64,000 nucleotides of DNA from Felis catus. Lineage: Eukaryota. Each line of letters opens with the position of its first letter. The stretch's first letter is position 1. The position numbers and the translations under genes were made by a program. The notes under the pieces are model-generated. The model was not told where the DNA came from. It made no database searches and saw nothing but the letters and a program-made list of their open reading frames with translations. Location: NCBI RefSeq assembly GCF_018350175.1, contig NC_058368.1, forward strand, positions 35,714,001 to 35,778,000, given 5' to 3'. This document shows, piece after piece, positions 50,884 to 63,080 of the stretch.

Positions 50884-53800
50884 TCAACATTTATTTAATT
50901 TTGAGAGAGCGTGAGCAGGGGAGGGGCAGAGAAAAAGGGAGACACACAATCTGAAGCAGTTCCAGGCTCTGAGCTGTCAGCACAGAGCCCGACGTGGGGC
51001 TCTAACTCATGAACTGCGAGATCATGACCTGAGCTGAAGTCAGATGCTTAACCGACTAGCCACCCAGGCCCCCCAACAAACTAGGTTTTACATCAAAGAC
51101 TGTACCAAGAGATGAAGAAGGGCATTACATCATAATTAAGGGATCAATCCAACAAGATCTTACAATTGTAAGTATTTATGCTCCCAAATTGTAGCACCCA
51201 AATATATAAATCAGTGAATAACAAACATAAAGAAACTCATTGATAATAGTAGGGGACTTTAACATCTCATTTATAACAATGGACAGATAATCTAAGCAGA
51301 AAATCAACAAGGAAACAATGGCTTTGAATGACACACTGGACCAGATGGACCTAACAGATGTATTCAGAACATTCTATCCTAAAGCCACAGAATACACATT
51401 CTTTTTCAGTGCATATGGAACATGCTCCAGAATAGATCACATACTGGGCCACAAATCAGCCCTCAGCAAGTAAAAAAGATTGAGATCATACCCATGAATA
51501 TTTTCAGATCACAACACTATTAAACTTGGAGTTAACCACAAGAAAAAAATTTGGACAGACCAAAATACGTGGGAGTACAGAATTACTAAAGAATGAATGG
51601 GTTAAATGGGAAATTAAAGGCAAAATAAAAAAGTATATGGAAGCAAATGAAAATAAAAACACAACAGTCCAAAAACTTTGGGATGCAGCAAAGGTGTTCC
51701 TAAGACGAAAGTATAATGCAATACAGGCCTACCTCAGGAAGCATGTCTCAAGTACACAACCTAAAATTACACCAAAAGGAGCTAGAAAAGAAGCAGCAAA
51801 TAGAGCCTAAAGCCAGCATAAGAAGGGAAATAATAAACATTAGAGCAGAAATAAATGATATACAAACAAAGAAACAAAAAACCCCAGTAGAACAGATCAA
51901 CAAAACTAAGAGCTGGTTCTTTAAAAGAATTAATAAAATTGATGAACCCCTATCCAGACTTATCAAAAAGAAAGGACAAAGGACCCCCCAAAATAAAATC
52001 ATGAATGAAAGAGGAGAGATCACAACCAACACCACAGAAATACAATTATAACAGATTATGAAAAATTATATGCCAACAAACTGGACAATCTGCAAGAAAT
52101 GGACAAATACCTAGAAACATAAAAACTACCAAAAATGAAATAGGAAGAAATAGAAAATTTGAACAGATTCATAGTAAGCAAAGATTGAATAGGTAATCAA
52201 AATTTTCCCAACAAACACAAATCTAGGCCCAGATGGCTTCTCAGGGGAATTCTATCAGACATTTAAAATACCTGTTCTTCTCAAACTGTTCAAAAAGAAA
52301 AAAAGAAAGAAAAGAAAGAAAAGAAAGAAAGGGAAGAAAAACTTCCAAACTCATTCTATGAGACCAGCATTACCCTGATTCCAAAACCAGACAAGACCCC
52401 ACTAAAAAGAAGAATTACAGGCCAATATTCCTGATGGACATGGATGCAAAAATTCTCAACAAGATACTAGGAGGTCAAATTCAACAGTGTATTAAAGGAA
52501 TTATTCATCATGATCAAGGGGGATTTATTCCTGGGATGCAGTTATGGTTCAATATTTGTAAATCAATCAACATGATACACCACGTTAATAAAAGAAAGGA
52601 TAAAAACCACATAATCCTGTCAATAGATTCAGAAAAGAAGCATTTGACAAAATACAGCATCCATTCTTGATAAAAACCCTCATCAAAGTAGGGATAGATG
52701 GAAAATACCTCAATATCATAAAGGCAATATACAAAAGACACACAGCTAATATCACCCTCAATGGGGAAAAAAATGAGACCTTTTCCCTAAGGTCAGGAAC
52801 AAGACAGGGATGTCTACACTCACCATTACTATTTAACATAGTACTGGAAGTCTTAGCCTCAGCAATCAGACAACCAAAAGAAATAAAGGCATCTAAATTG
52901 GAAAGGAAGAAGTGAAACTTTCACTATTTGCAGACAACATGGTACTCAATGTAGAAAACCCAAAAGATTCCACCAAAGAATTGCTACAACTGATACATGA
53001 ATTCAGAAAAGTTGCAAAATATAAAATCAATGTACATAAATCTGTTGCATTTCTATACACCAGTAATGAAGCAGCAGAAAAAGAAATGAAGGAATTGATC
53101 CCATTTATAATTGCACTAAAACCCATAAGATTCCTAGGGATAAAGCTAACCAAAGACGTAGAAAATCTGTACTCTGAAAACTATAGAACACTTATGAATG
53201 AAATTGAAGAGGACACAGAGAAATGGAAAAATATTCCATGCTCATGGACTGGAAGAACAACCACTGTTTAAACGTTTATAATACCCCAAACAATCTACAC
53301 ATTTAATGCAATCCCTATCAAAATACCATCAGCATTTTTCACAGCACTAGAGCAAATAATCCTAAAATTTGTATGGAACGACAAAGACACTGAAGAGCCA
53401 AAGCAATCTTGAAAAAGAAAAGTAAAGCTGGAGGCATCATGGTTCTGGACTTCAAGCTATATTACAAAGCTGTAGTCATCAAGACAGTACCGTACTGGCA
53501 CAAAAACAGATCTATGGAACAGAATACAGAACCCAGAAGCGGACCCACAACTATATGGTCAACTATTCTTCGACAAAGTAGGAAAAAATATCCAATGGAA
53601 AAGAGACAGTTTCTTGAACAAATGGTGTTGGGAAAATAGGATAGCAATATGCAAAAGAATGAAACCAGACCACTTTCTTACACTATACACAAAATAAATT
53701 CAAAGTGAATGAAAGACCTAAATGTGAGATAGGAAACCATCAAATCCTAGAGGAGAACACAGGCAGCAACCTTTTTGACCTCAGCTGCAGCAACTTCTTA

Positions 53801-54971
53801 CTAGACATGTCTCTGGAGGCAAGGGAAATAAAAGCAAAAACATGAACTATTGGGACTTCATCAAGATAAAAAGCTTCTGCACAGTGAAGGAAACAACGAA
53901 ACTAAAAGGCAGCCTATGAAATGGGAGAAGATATTTGTAAATAATATATCTGATAAAGGGTTGGCATCTAAAATCTATAAAGAATTTATGAAACTCAACA
54001 CCAAAAATCAAATAATCCAATTAAGAAATGGGCAGAAGACATGAATAAACAGTTTTCCAAAGAAGACATCCAGATGGCTAACAGACATATGAAAAGATGC
54101 TCAACATCACTCATCATCAGGGAAATACAAATCAAAACCACAATGAGATACCACCTCATACTTGTCAGAATGGCTAAAATTAACAGCACAGGAAATAACA
54201 GGTATTGGTGAGAATGAGGAGAAAGGAGAACCCTTTTGCACTGTTGGTGGGAATGGAAACTGGTGCAGCCACTCTGGAAAACAGTATGGGGGTTCCTAAA
54301 GAAGTTAAAAATAGAAGTACCCTATGACCCAGCAATTATACTAGCTGTTTACCCAAAAGACACAAAAATACAGATTTGAATAGGTACATGCACCCTTTTG
54401 TTTATAGCAGCATTATCAACAATAGCCAAACTATGGAAAGAGCCCAAATGTTCAATGACTCATAAATGAATAAAGAAGATGTCATTCATATATATATATA
54501 TATATCATATGATATACATATACATGTATATACATATACATGTACATATACATGATATATCCATATATATTTCATTCCATCAAAAGGAATAAAATCTTGC
54601 TATTTGCAATGATGTGGATGGAGCTAGAGTATATTATGCTAAGCGAAATAAGTCAGTCAGAGAAAGACAAATATCATCATCATATGATTTCACTCATATG
54701 TGGAATTTTAAGAAACAAAACAGATGAGCATATGGGAAGGGGACAAAAGAGGGAAACAAATAATAAGAGACTACAATAGGGAACAAAATGAGCATTGATG
54801 GAGGGTGGTGGGTGGGGAATGGGATAAATGGGTGATGGGTTTTAAGGAGGGCACTTGTGATGAGCACTGAGTGTTATATGTAAATGATGAATCACTAAAT
54901 TCTATTCCTGAAAACAATATTACACTATATGTTAACTAACTAGAATTTAGTTAAAATTTTGAAAAAAGCCC
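47969..54971 (+). mobile_element. Full-length decayed carnivore L1 (about 7.0 kb) nested in the ERV
   Basis: Perfect TSD aaaacttaggcaaat at 47954-47968 / 54972-54986. 5' UTR, ORF1 fragments (MTRRRNSPQK..., FKQIIAEKSPNLGKE) and ORF2 fragments ([42 protein letters not shown]). Many stops and frameshifts. Confidence 0.95.
50712..51074 (-). mobile_element. Can-SINE with an expanded (TTTTC)n/(TTTC)n tail, in L1 ORF2
   Basis: TSD acaaactaggttt on both sides; about 170 bp penta/tetranucleotide tract at 50715-50885. Confidence 0.92.
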
Positions 54972-56496
54972 AAAACTTAGGCAAATGAAAAACTTGTATC
55001 TTACCCATAAATATTAATAGAAGGATTTTGCCATCTAAGAAGATAATGTCAAATCATTCTATCTGCCAGAAATGCAATTTAGATCCAATCTCTTTTATAA
55101 CTAATGGTTATAAATGGAAGGCACAAGGTCTTTGCGTCTGTCTTTATGTTTATTTGTTTCTCTCTCTATATGTTGTAGAGATGTGGTATTTTCTACCTCT
55201 GGATAGTATTGCTAAAATTAACTTATAAAAGGGTTCTATGTAATTGGCTTGAAGAGAATTAAGCACTTATATGCATTAAGGATTCCTAAAACTCTCAGAA
55301 TTATAATAGAAACTAACACAAATGCTTTTTAAGTTCATGCGATCTGAAATAATCTTTGGTAAATAGAAGCTAGTTGAAATTTGGATCGATTAAAATAGAT
55401 ATGTCTTCAGAATTATCAGCATTAAAATTAATGTAGATGTGTAACTTTATTCTACTTGGGTTTATTAGTCAAATTAGGTCATGTTATTTACATTTCAAAA
55501 TTTGTCAGCGAGAAAGAGTGAGGGCTGATAGCTGAGTTTGTCTCATGAAGTTTTTGTGGGTAATCTAAACATAATCATTAAGAACAGTGAATTAAATAGA
55601 TGTAAAAGAGAAAAAAGGTTTAGGTCAACTTTTTAAATAGTGTCCCCAAATCTTTTTGGTAGCCTGAAACCTTAAAGTTTTGCTAAGTTAAATTAAATAT
55701 CTACATTATTTCCCAAAACACTAAATATTGAAAAAATTACTGAACACAGGTTTACCCACTTTTGGCTTCCTTTTACAGAGACACTAAAGATATTTGAATT
55801 TATTAGTAATCATGTTTTGTGCCACAAATAAAGAATTACTGTGAGAAAGTACATGTTTCTACAAATTAAAAAAAATTCATAATTTGTTAAGTCACAAAAT
55901 GCTCATGTAAAAGTGCTCAATTGCTTACTTCTTTATTTTCACTAAAAATTACATTTTTTAGTGTTAGAAATACCAATACATGTAATTAAAGCTGCTAGAA
56001 ATAATAAGGGAAACATCTCCATATGTAACGAAAGTAGGATATGTGTTTTTGGTAAAAGAAGGTATGAGAGCTGGAGATGTATTTTTATTAAGGAAAAATG
56101 AAGTAATTTTGTCTTCAAGTTAAAACCGGTTATTTCAGAATAAGAGTAAAAAAACTGGACAAAATTGTAGAAGGTTTGAATTTTGGGAAAATGCAACCTT
56201 GGGAAAGGAATTTTATGGCAGTCAAGCTGGTTAAGATCAGAATAATTTAATTTAAATTTAAAAAGATGAGTTTTAATATCATTGGTACAAAATTACAATT
56301 GGTTTTTCCTCTGTTACAAGGACAAAGTTTTCCTGGACTTTAGGTCTCCTTTTGGTAACAGATAGTGAAAGTTTCTTTACCTTTTAAATAATCTGTACTG
56401 GAAGCAAAGACTTTGTGTCTTAAGAAAATAATTAACTGTGCATCATGTTAAACTTTATCTTTGGGTCTTTGATTATTTAAGAAAAACTGAGCCTTA

Positions 56497-56750
56497 GCGG
56501 GCTCTTGGGTAGCTCAGCTGGTTAAGCGGCCAACTTTGCCTCAGGTCATGATCTCCTCGCAGTCTGTGGGTTCTAGCCCCCCCCCCCCCCCCCCCCCCCC
56601 GTGTTGGGCTCTGTGCTGACAGCTCAGAGCCTGGAGCCTGCTTTAGATTCTGTCTTCCTTTATCTCTGCCCACCCCCCACCCCACTCATTCTCTCTCTCT
56701 CTCTCTCTCAAAAATAAATGAACTTTAAAAAAATTAAAAAAAAAAAAAAA
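56497..56750 (+). mobile_element. Can-SINE containing a C24 homopolymer
   Basis: SINE body; TSD-like aagaaaaactgagcctt / aagaaaacccagcctt; C run at 56577-56600. Confidence 0.88.
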
Positions 56751-57160
56751 GAAAAACCCAGCCTTCTAAATTCCTAAAGTTTTCTAAGTTCCTGTGTCCT
56801 GCTATGATATTATAATTCCAGTTATCATTTTAAAATGTGTCACAGAAATAACCAAATTCCTTGTCAATTTCATTATAATCAACTCTCATCACATCTTTAA
56901 CAATAGGAATTTTTAAAGTATTTTGGCATTTGCAGATAGTTATTGTTTTACTCAGATGCTTTTCAAAAAGTGCTCTTGCAAAAGTGCATTGTATTTCAAG
57001 GTGACTCATTTAAAGCATTTTGACAAGTACAGGTTTCTGATAACTTTCAGATCATAAGAATTGAGGTGGATAAGAACTTCTAAAACTACTAGAAAAACAA
57101 GATTCAAGCAGAACAAGTAATTAATACACAAGACTGAATGAACTCAGAAGGATGATCATA

Positions 57161-57553
57161 ATTTTTAATTTTTAATTTATTATTTTTAAAGCTTATTTAT
57201 TTTGAGAGGGAGAGTGAGAACAGGGAAGAGGCAAAGAGAGGAAGAGAAGGAGGATCCCAAGCAGGCTCTGCACTGTCCGTTCAGAGTCTGATGCAGAGGG
57301 CTCAAACTCAGGAACCATGAGAACATGACCTGAGCTAGAGTTGGATGCTTAGCTGACTGAGCCACCCAGGTGCCCCTCTTTTTTTTTTTTTTTTTTTTAA
57401 TTTAATTTTGAGAGAGAGAGAGAGTGAGCGCACACGTAGGGGAGGGGCAGAGAGAGGGGGAGAGAAAATCTGAGGGGCTTGAACCCATGAACTGTGATAT
57501 TATGACCTGAGCTGAAGTTGGATGCTTAACCGACTGAGCCACCCAGGTGACCC
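57161..57553 (-). mobile_element. Two tandem Can-SINEs (57161-57376, 57377-57553)
   Basis: Two heads and two tails; outer direct repeat atgatcataatt / atgattataatt. Confidence 0.85.
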
Positions 57554-58459
57554 GAATGATTATAATTCTTTATGAGGTTTTATTTGAAACATTGCTGGTT
57601 CTTTTATGTTTTGCTTTTTCAAATTTAAGGAAACTTTTTCTTAAGTGATCTATGACTTCTAGCAATTTATTAAAGTGTACCTTTCTGAATGAAGATTGAA
57701 CATTTACTTTTTCTCTGATTCCTCCAGAATTTGAAAACTCTTGAATATTCTTTTCATGGCAATATACCTGGTTATTTGCATAAATTCAATAACAATCTGT
57801 TCTGTTCATAACACAACACCACTGAAAACTGGCTAAACCAAATACGGAATGCCATATTTAAGAGACATGTGTATAGACTCAGATATGACCAGACAGCTTT
57901 AAGGAAAAGCCAGGAAGGATCGACCTGGTATCTACTATTAGGGTTCCTGGCAGTCTTACCAGGTAAATAAGGGTGGTCACTGCCTGGCAGTCCCACGGAC
58001 CTCAGGATATTTTCAGCGACCTTGAGAAGAGACAAATTCACTCAAACCATAGATTTTGCAGGTAAAATCTAATAGCTTTTAAGAGGTCAATCTGAGATTG
58101 CTTATGAAATGTTCCACCAAAGCAGTCTTAAAAAGAGCTTAGATGACCAATCATTATTCTTGCTCCACTTAAGAAAATAATCAGGCCAAGTCTAATGCAA
58201 ATAAATCAGCTTTACTCTGATTATTTTTGGTTAAAAAAATGGGGCTAATTGTAGAGAGAAAAATTATGTTTATACCTTTGTAGATATTCGATTCTAATCC
58301 TGTTATCTTTGCAGTTTTGTTATGTACCTGTAAACTAGCCTAGATCCCAAATTCTTCTAGTTTCCTCAAATATCTGGCTGTGACTCCAAACTAATGTTTC
58401 CGATTTTCTCCCATCCTTTTCATTTGTAATAACTAAGAACAAAGACTGTCCTTGAATCT

Positions 58460-58560
58460 CATTGGAAGGGATTATAACAGGTCCTCCTCACTACCTAGGT
58501 GGCAGCCAAACTTTAGGCACTTGAACTTTAGAGACACATCTCACAGCCAAAGGTGGCTCC
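58460..58560 (+). pseudogene. ERV integrase C-terminal remnant
   Basis: Translates HWKGL*QVLLTT*VAAKL*ALEL*RHISQPK, resembling the gamma-type WKGPYxVLLTTxTAxKxxG..WIH motif. Confidence 0.65.
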
Positions 58561-58619
58561 ACATGACGTGTGGTTCTGTGCAGATTCTGGAGGCCTCTGA
58601 ATCAAACTGATGATGAAGA

Positions 58620-59860
58620 ACAGTAGCTCACATGGAGGTAGACGGCTTCCACCAAACAATACTTCCTACTGTAAACATAAAACACTGTCCTCTTTTCTTT
58701 CTTTCCCTTGCTCTGGCAATAGCCTTGAAAGACAACACCATCGCCCACATCTTCCTTGGCCATTGCTAAGGAGTAACTTTTCAGACTGCTAGATTTGTCC
58801 TCAAAAACTCCAGTTTGTCTATGATGCTAAAATACCTGAACAATGCGCCACCTTAGCAGAAATAGTTTGTGCTCCAACAGAATGTACATTTGACTGTTGT
58901 GGTTATCATTCTCCTTGGGCCTATGACTTCCTAGACAGCTGACACAAACTGGGCAATGTCTCCTCTTAGGTTACTGAACTGTGCTCTTAACTGTTCACAG
59001 AGTGAGACACCTCATTGCTCAACTCCCCTGAATTTACACTGTCAAGTTAGAAAGATCTACCAGGAGGAGTTCAAATTCAGAATTTGCTTCTTTTGGCAGG
59101 CCCCCTACTTCCCTGGTTAGGAGTGAATTCAAATGAGGCTATTATCTGGAACTTCTCCTTAATTCTTTTTTTTTTTTTTTTAATTTTTTTTTTTCAACGT
59201 TTTATTTATTTTTGGGACAGAGAGAGACAGAGCATGAACGGGGGAGGGACAGAGAGAGAGGGAGTCACAGAATTGGAAACAGGCTCCAGGCTCTGAGCCA
59301 TCAGCCCAGAGCCTGATGCGGGGCTCGAACTCCCGGACTGGGAGATCGTGACCTGGCTGAAGTCGGACGCTTAACTGACTGCGCCACCCAGGCGCCCCAT
59401 GGAACTTCTCCTTAATTCTTGAGAAGTATTGCAGAATCTCCTGCTAAAGCAATAGAGTTCTAGACTCTGGTCAAAGTTGATCTTGATTATGGGATAGCCC
59501 TCGATTATCTCCGAAGAAGGAGGTATCTATGCTGGGGCCACCACTTGCTGCACCTTGATTAACACCTCCGGGGAAGGTGAAACTCAGTTACATAAGATCA
59601 CTGAGAAAGCCACTTGGCTTAAAAAGGTGACCCCCCCAGTTGATTCTTTCTTAGATTCATTTGATTTTTATTGGTTTGGGTCTTGGGGACCATGTCTCCT
59701 ATGTACACTCCAAACACTGGGAATTATTCTACTTAAAATAATCACTGTAATTTCCCTGGAGTGCTCTATTCTCTCAAAAGCTTTCAGCGTATGTTCCCAG
59801 CCACTACCCACCAAGCAAATGATCTACCTAAGACTGGAATGTAAGAAAAGGAACAAATGA
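58620..59860 (+). pseudogene. ERV env remnant (TM subunit recognisable), SINE-interrupted
   Basis: Fusion-peptide-like FASFG.PLLPWLGVNSNEAIIWNFSL; ISD-like LVKVDLDYGIALDYL/EEGGIYA; TTCCTLINTSGEGETQLHKITEKATWLKKV (decayed CX6CC); hydrophobic TM LQTLGIILLKIITVISL. Confidence 0.8.
59168..59398 (-). mobile_element. Young feline SINE (SINEC_Fc-like) inside env
   Basis: Perfect 21-bp direct repeat tggaacttctccttaattctt at 59147-59167 / 59400-59420; CpGs retained. Confidence 0.93.
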
Positions 59861-60018
59861 CCAACTTAAAAATTGTGAATCTGAAGTAATGGTCTGTGAC
59901 TATCACAGAGATTAAGCAAAATCCATCATGACCTGTGAATACCACACAGAGGATCATCAAAAGCTGCAAGAACTACAGAGAGGTAGATGAGAGTGGTACT
60001 GATGCCTTAAATTTTGAT

Positions 60019-60412
60019 TGCATTGATATGGGGCTGTGGAGCACAACAGTCAAGAAAGAATTTTTGAGATGTTTTACGGTGCTTGTGTTGTATCACAGGG
60101 ACAGGACTTTGCAGGCAGAAAGAGCTGCACTTGTGCTGTGAGGAGTGACTGATACATATTTTTAAGTTTGGGGAGGTAGAGATAACAGAAGTCTCTAAAG
60201 GGATTTCTGTATGTTAAAGAAGACTTGTGGGATCCTGAAGGTCTGGCTATTGCCAAGATACAGTTACTTTTAATCTCTGGCAAAGCATTAACATTAACAC
60301 TTGAGTCCCTTGAGCAATGTCACGCTCTGTGTGTCTCAGGTATTTATCGGTGAGCTGCAAGTTATAAGGAAATTTAATTTTATCTACATTTCTCATACCT
60401 TTGTTCTCCTCA
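60019..60412 (-). mobile_element. Probable unrelated carnivore solo LTR inserted between env and the PPT
   Basis: Reverse complement begins TGAGGAGAACAAAGGTATGAGAAATGTAGATAAAATTAAATTTCCTTATAACTTGCAGC, resembling recalled carnivore LTRs. Not similar to the host ERV LTRs. Confidence 0.5.
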
Positions 60413-60458
60413 TCAATATCTCTCAGTGAAGCTGAAAGTCTAATCAAAAGGGAAGAAC

Positions 60459-60825
60459 TGTTTAAAAAGGAAACAACAGGTCCAAAATGGAGTCACTTAT
60501 GCTGAGTCCCATGCCAGCAAATCAAAACTTACTATCTAGCCTCGCTCGGGAATATTACCTCCAACCAATCAATCTGGAATGACCTGATCAGCACTAATGA
60601 GATAATCATTTCAACAGACCCCTCCCGTTCCCTTTCAAAAGAAGGTGACCTTCCTTGAAACAACACACTGGTTCCTTGTCTCTCCCCTTTTCTGCCTAGA
60701 AGTCTTCCGTTTTGTATGGCTCCTCAAAGCTCCTTTCTCTGTGCTAGATGGGATGCTGCCTGATTCATAAACTGATGAATAAAGCCAGTTTCATCTTCAA
60801 ATTTACTTAGTTGAATTGTTTAACA
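60459..60825 (+). repeat. ERV 3' LTR
   Basis: Preceded by the PPT aaaagggaagaac (60446-60458); TG...CA termini; internal aataaa; homologous to 40490-40883. Confidence 0.9.
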
Positions 60826-61309
60826 TAATTTAACTATAACGTTTTTGTTTTTTCTTTTCAGAAACATCATACATATACACTTCTTTTCAGTCTTGTTTGT
60901 TATCGTTGCCCTTTAAATAAAAATTCAAAACAGCACTTCCAGTTCGCAATTTCCTATCCTGGGCCTTCCTGAGTACTCATAAGGCTGGATGGAACTGAAA
61001 ATGCTGCAGGATCCTGAGCACAGAGCATCCAGGATAAGTCCAGACTTTTTTTGTTTTCTACAGTGAATGGTAATGTAAAAACCTTTCCATTTACTTGCTT
61101 ATCTGACATGCGATGTTTGTAACATATTACTTGAGTTGAATGTCCCTCTCTATATTTGCTCTCCTTTGTCCACACTCTACTCAATTCTTAACAAATTTTA
61201 ATTTGGCTTTTAATCTATATCTATTGAAACCTAAGAGCCTCAAAATTCCTAAACTCAATGGAATTTCTTCATGCGTCATTTTTTGTTACATTCGCAACAC
61301 TTTAGAATA

Positions 61310-62033
61310 TGTATAATAAAGAATTTGTTTGCTTTTATCTGGGTTCCTGGGAGGTAGCCTCTAAACCCTTGGAATTTCCAGAGTGATAAGAATGTTTTTG
61401 TTATTCATGGTAGATCCCTAATATGGTTTATGGTAATTGTGATTCAGGATGAGGGGTGGCTACCTCCAAAAGACCAACCATGTGATTAGAATGTTGGGGT
61501 TTTGAATCAAGCAATGTAAGCCTGATCTTCAAGGAGGGGAGAAGGGTAGAGACTGAGTTCAATCACGTGGCCAATGATTCAGTCAATCATGCTTAAGTAA
61601 TGAAGCTTTAATACAAAGACTAGATAGACACTGAGACTGAGCCTTCTTGGTTGGCAATATGATGCATACTGATGTGCTGAGGGGAGATAATATGCCTCAG
61701 GACAATAGAAGCTTCATGTTTGGGACCCTCCTAGAGCTCACTCCATGTGTTCTCTTTCTTTGGCTGGTGCTGTGTCTTTTCACTATAATAAAGCTGTAAA
61801 AGTAATCTGAGTAGTATGCTGAGCCGAATAGTAAGCTCCCGAATTCTAGGACATTGTAATAAATTACTGAACCCAGAGAGGGTAGTGAAAACCAGTGACT
61901 TTATAGCCAGCTGGTCAGAAGTGAAGGTGGCCCGGAGACCCCCAAACTTACAGCTGGTGTCTTAAGTGAGGGCAGTTTTTCAGAGGACTGTGACCTATAA
62001 AGCTTGATGTAACTCTGGGTAGTTGGTGTCACA
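61310..62033 (+). mobile_element. MER21C-like solo LTR
   Basis: tgtataataaagaattt...ggttcctgggagg..cctctaaacccttggaatttcc...gctggtcagaagtga...ggtgtcaca. Confidence 0.75.
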
Positions 62034-62059
62034 AATCATTATAGGATGTTATTTATAAC

Positions 62060-63080
62060 TTTTAATACTATACAATCAATAATATCAATATCATTATGTT
62101 ACCTTGATACATGGGGTAGTTGCAGTTCACTGTCCCCATACTTCACTCATTTGGTTCCTGTAACACCTCTGTGAGAGAGGTGATATGAGTCTATTTACCT
62201 TGTCTTACATAAAGTTGAAGAAGCAGACATAAGTTTCAGGCAGAGTCGGAGACAAAACTCAAGTCCTCAGACTGCTGGTTAGCATGTTCTCTCACGGTAA
62301 TGCCCTTTACCATGCTTACTCTCCCACACTTTGAGGATTCATTTTTAATCTTCTTTGGTAACTTCTTCTACCTTCTACCCCCCACCCCCAAACACAATTC
62401 TACCTCTTAGCCATTTCTCATGGTTAGATGTTTGGTCCACTTTTCTGTCCATTCTACATTCTCTTCACCAAGATGTCACAGCTCCAGCCATCTCTGCTAA
62501 GAAGACAACTCCCACATCTGCATCTGCAACCCTCTAGGCAAAGCCGCAATCCTGTGTTCCTCTTAGGCCCCTGAAGCATTTCTGCCTTAAATGCCCTATC
62601 ATTAACTCAAACACCACATTTTCAAACCAAACTCATGTCCAAAGCAGCTTCCTCTTCATACGAACATACTAAAATCATAATAAAGTCATACTAGAATCAA
62701 CCATAGTATCTGTTTACCACTTCTGCTATTTGTTCCATAGTACCCATGCTACTCTACACTTGTGGTCAGTTTGAGGCTACTTAGCAGCTCTTAAGTAAAT
62801 ATGTCTCAAGTATGCAATTGCCTGTCAGGTAATACCAGATAGTAAATAATTTGATCAGTTGATCTGGTGTTTCATAAGGAAGAGGGTGGAGAAATATTAC
62901 AGGGATATGGTTTGACGTTATAGTTATTGAACATGTACTATATATCTGATAAGCCCTTTACATGTTATTTAAAAAAATTTGCAACAACTCTAAAAGATAG
63001 GTATTAACCACCTGGTTTTAATAAATGAGGAAACCGAGGTTTTGAGAAGTCCATAAACTGCTAAGGCCACAGAGACTTTG
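62060..63080 (-). mobile_element. MIR fragments (about 62060-62290 and 62920-63080)
   Basis: ttttaataaatgaggaaaccgaggt...ctaaggccacag; ggttcctgtaacacctctgtgagagagg. Confidence 0.6.

Larger units (their letters stand above)
40490..60825 (+). mobile_element. Decayed class I (gamma-like, MER34/MER4-group-like) endogenous retrovirus with nested insertions
   Basis: Homologous 5' and 3' LTRs, PBS, PPT, and gag, integrase-tail and env remnants in the correct order. No clear TSD was found. Confidence 0.85.

Noticed and set aside
50626..50954. Low-complexity F/S/L-rich and K/R/E-rich ORFs
   Set aside because: These are translations of the (TTTTC)n microsatellite.
49499..54400. Retrotransposition-competent L1
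   Set aside because: ORF1 and ORF2 are broken by many stops, frameshifts and a SINE, and the RT catalytic motif reads FADNM instead of FADDM.
59555..59860. Domesticated env (syncytin/HEMO-like) gene
   Set aside because: Only a 101-aa fragment is open. The upstream env is frameshifted and interrupted by a SINE.
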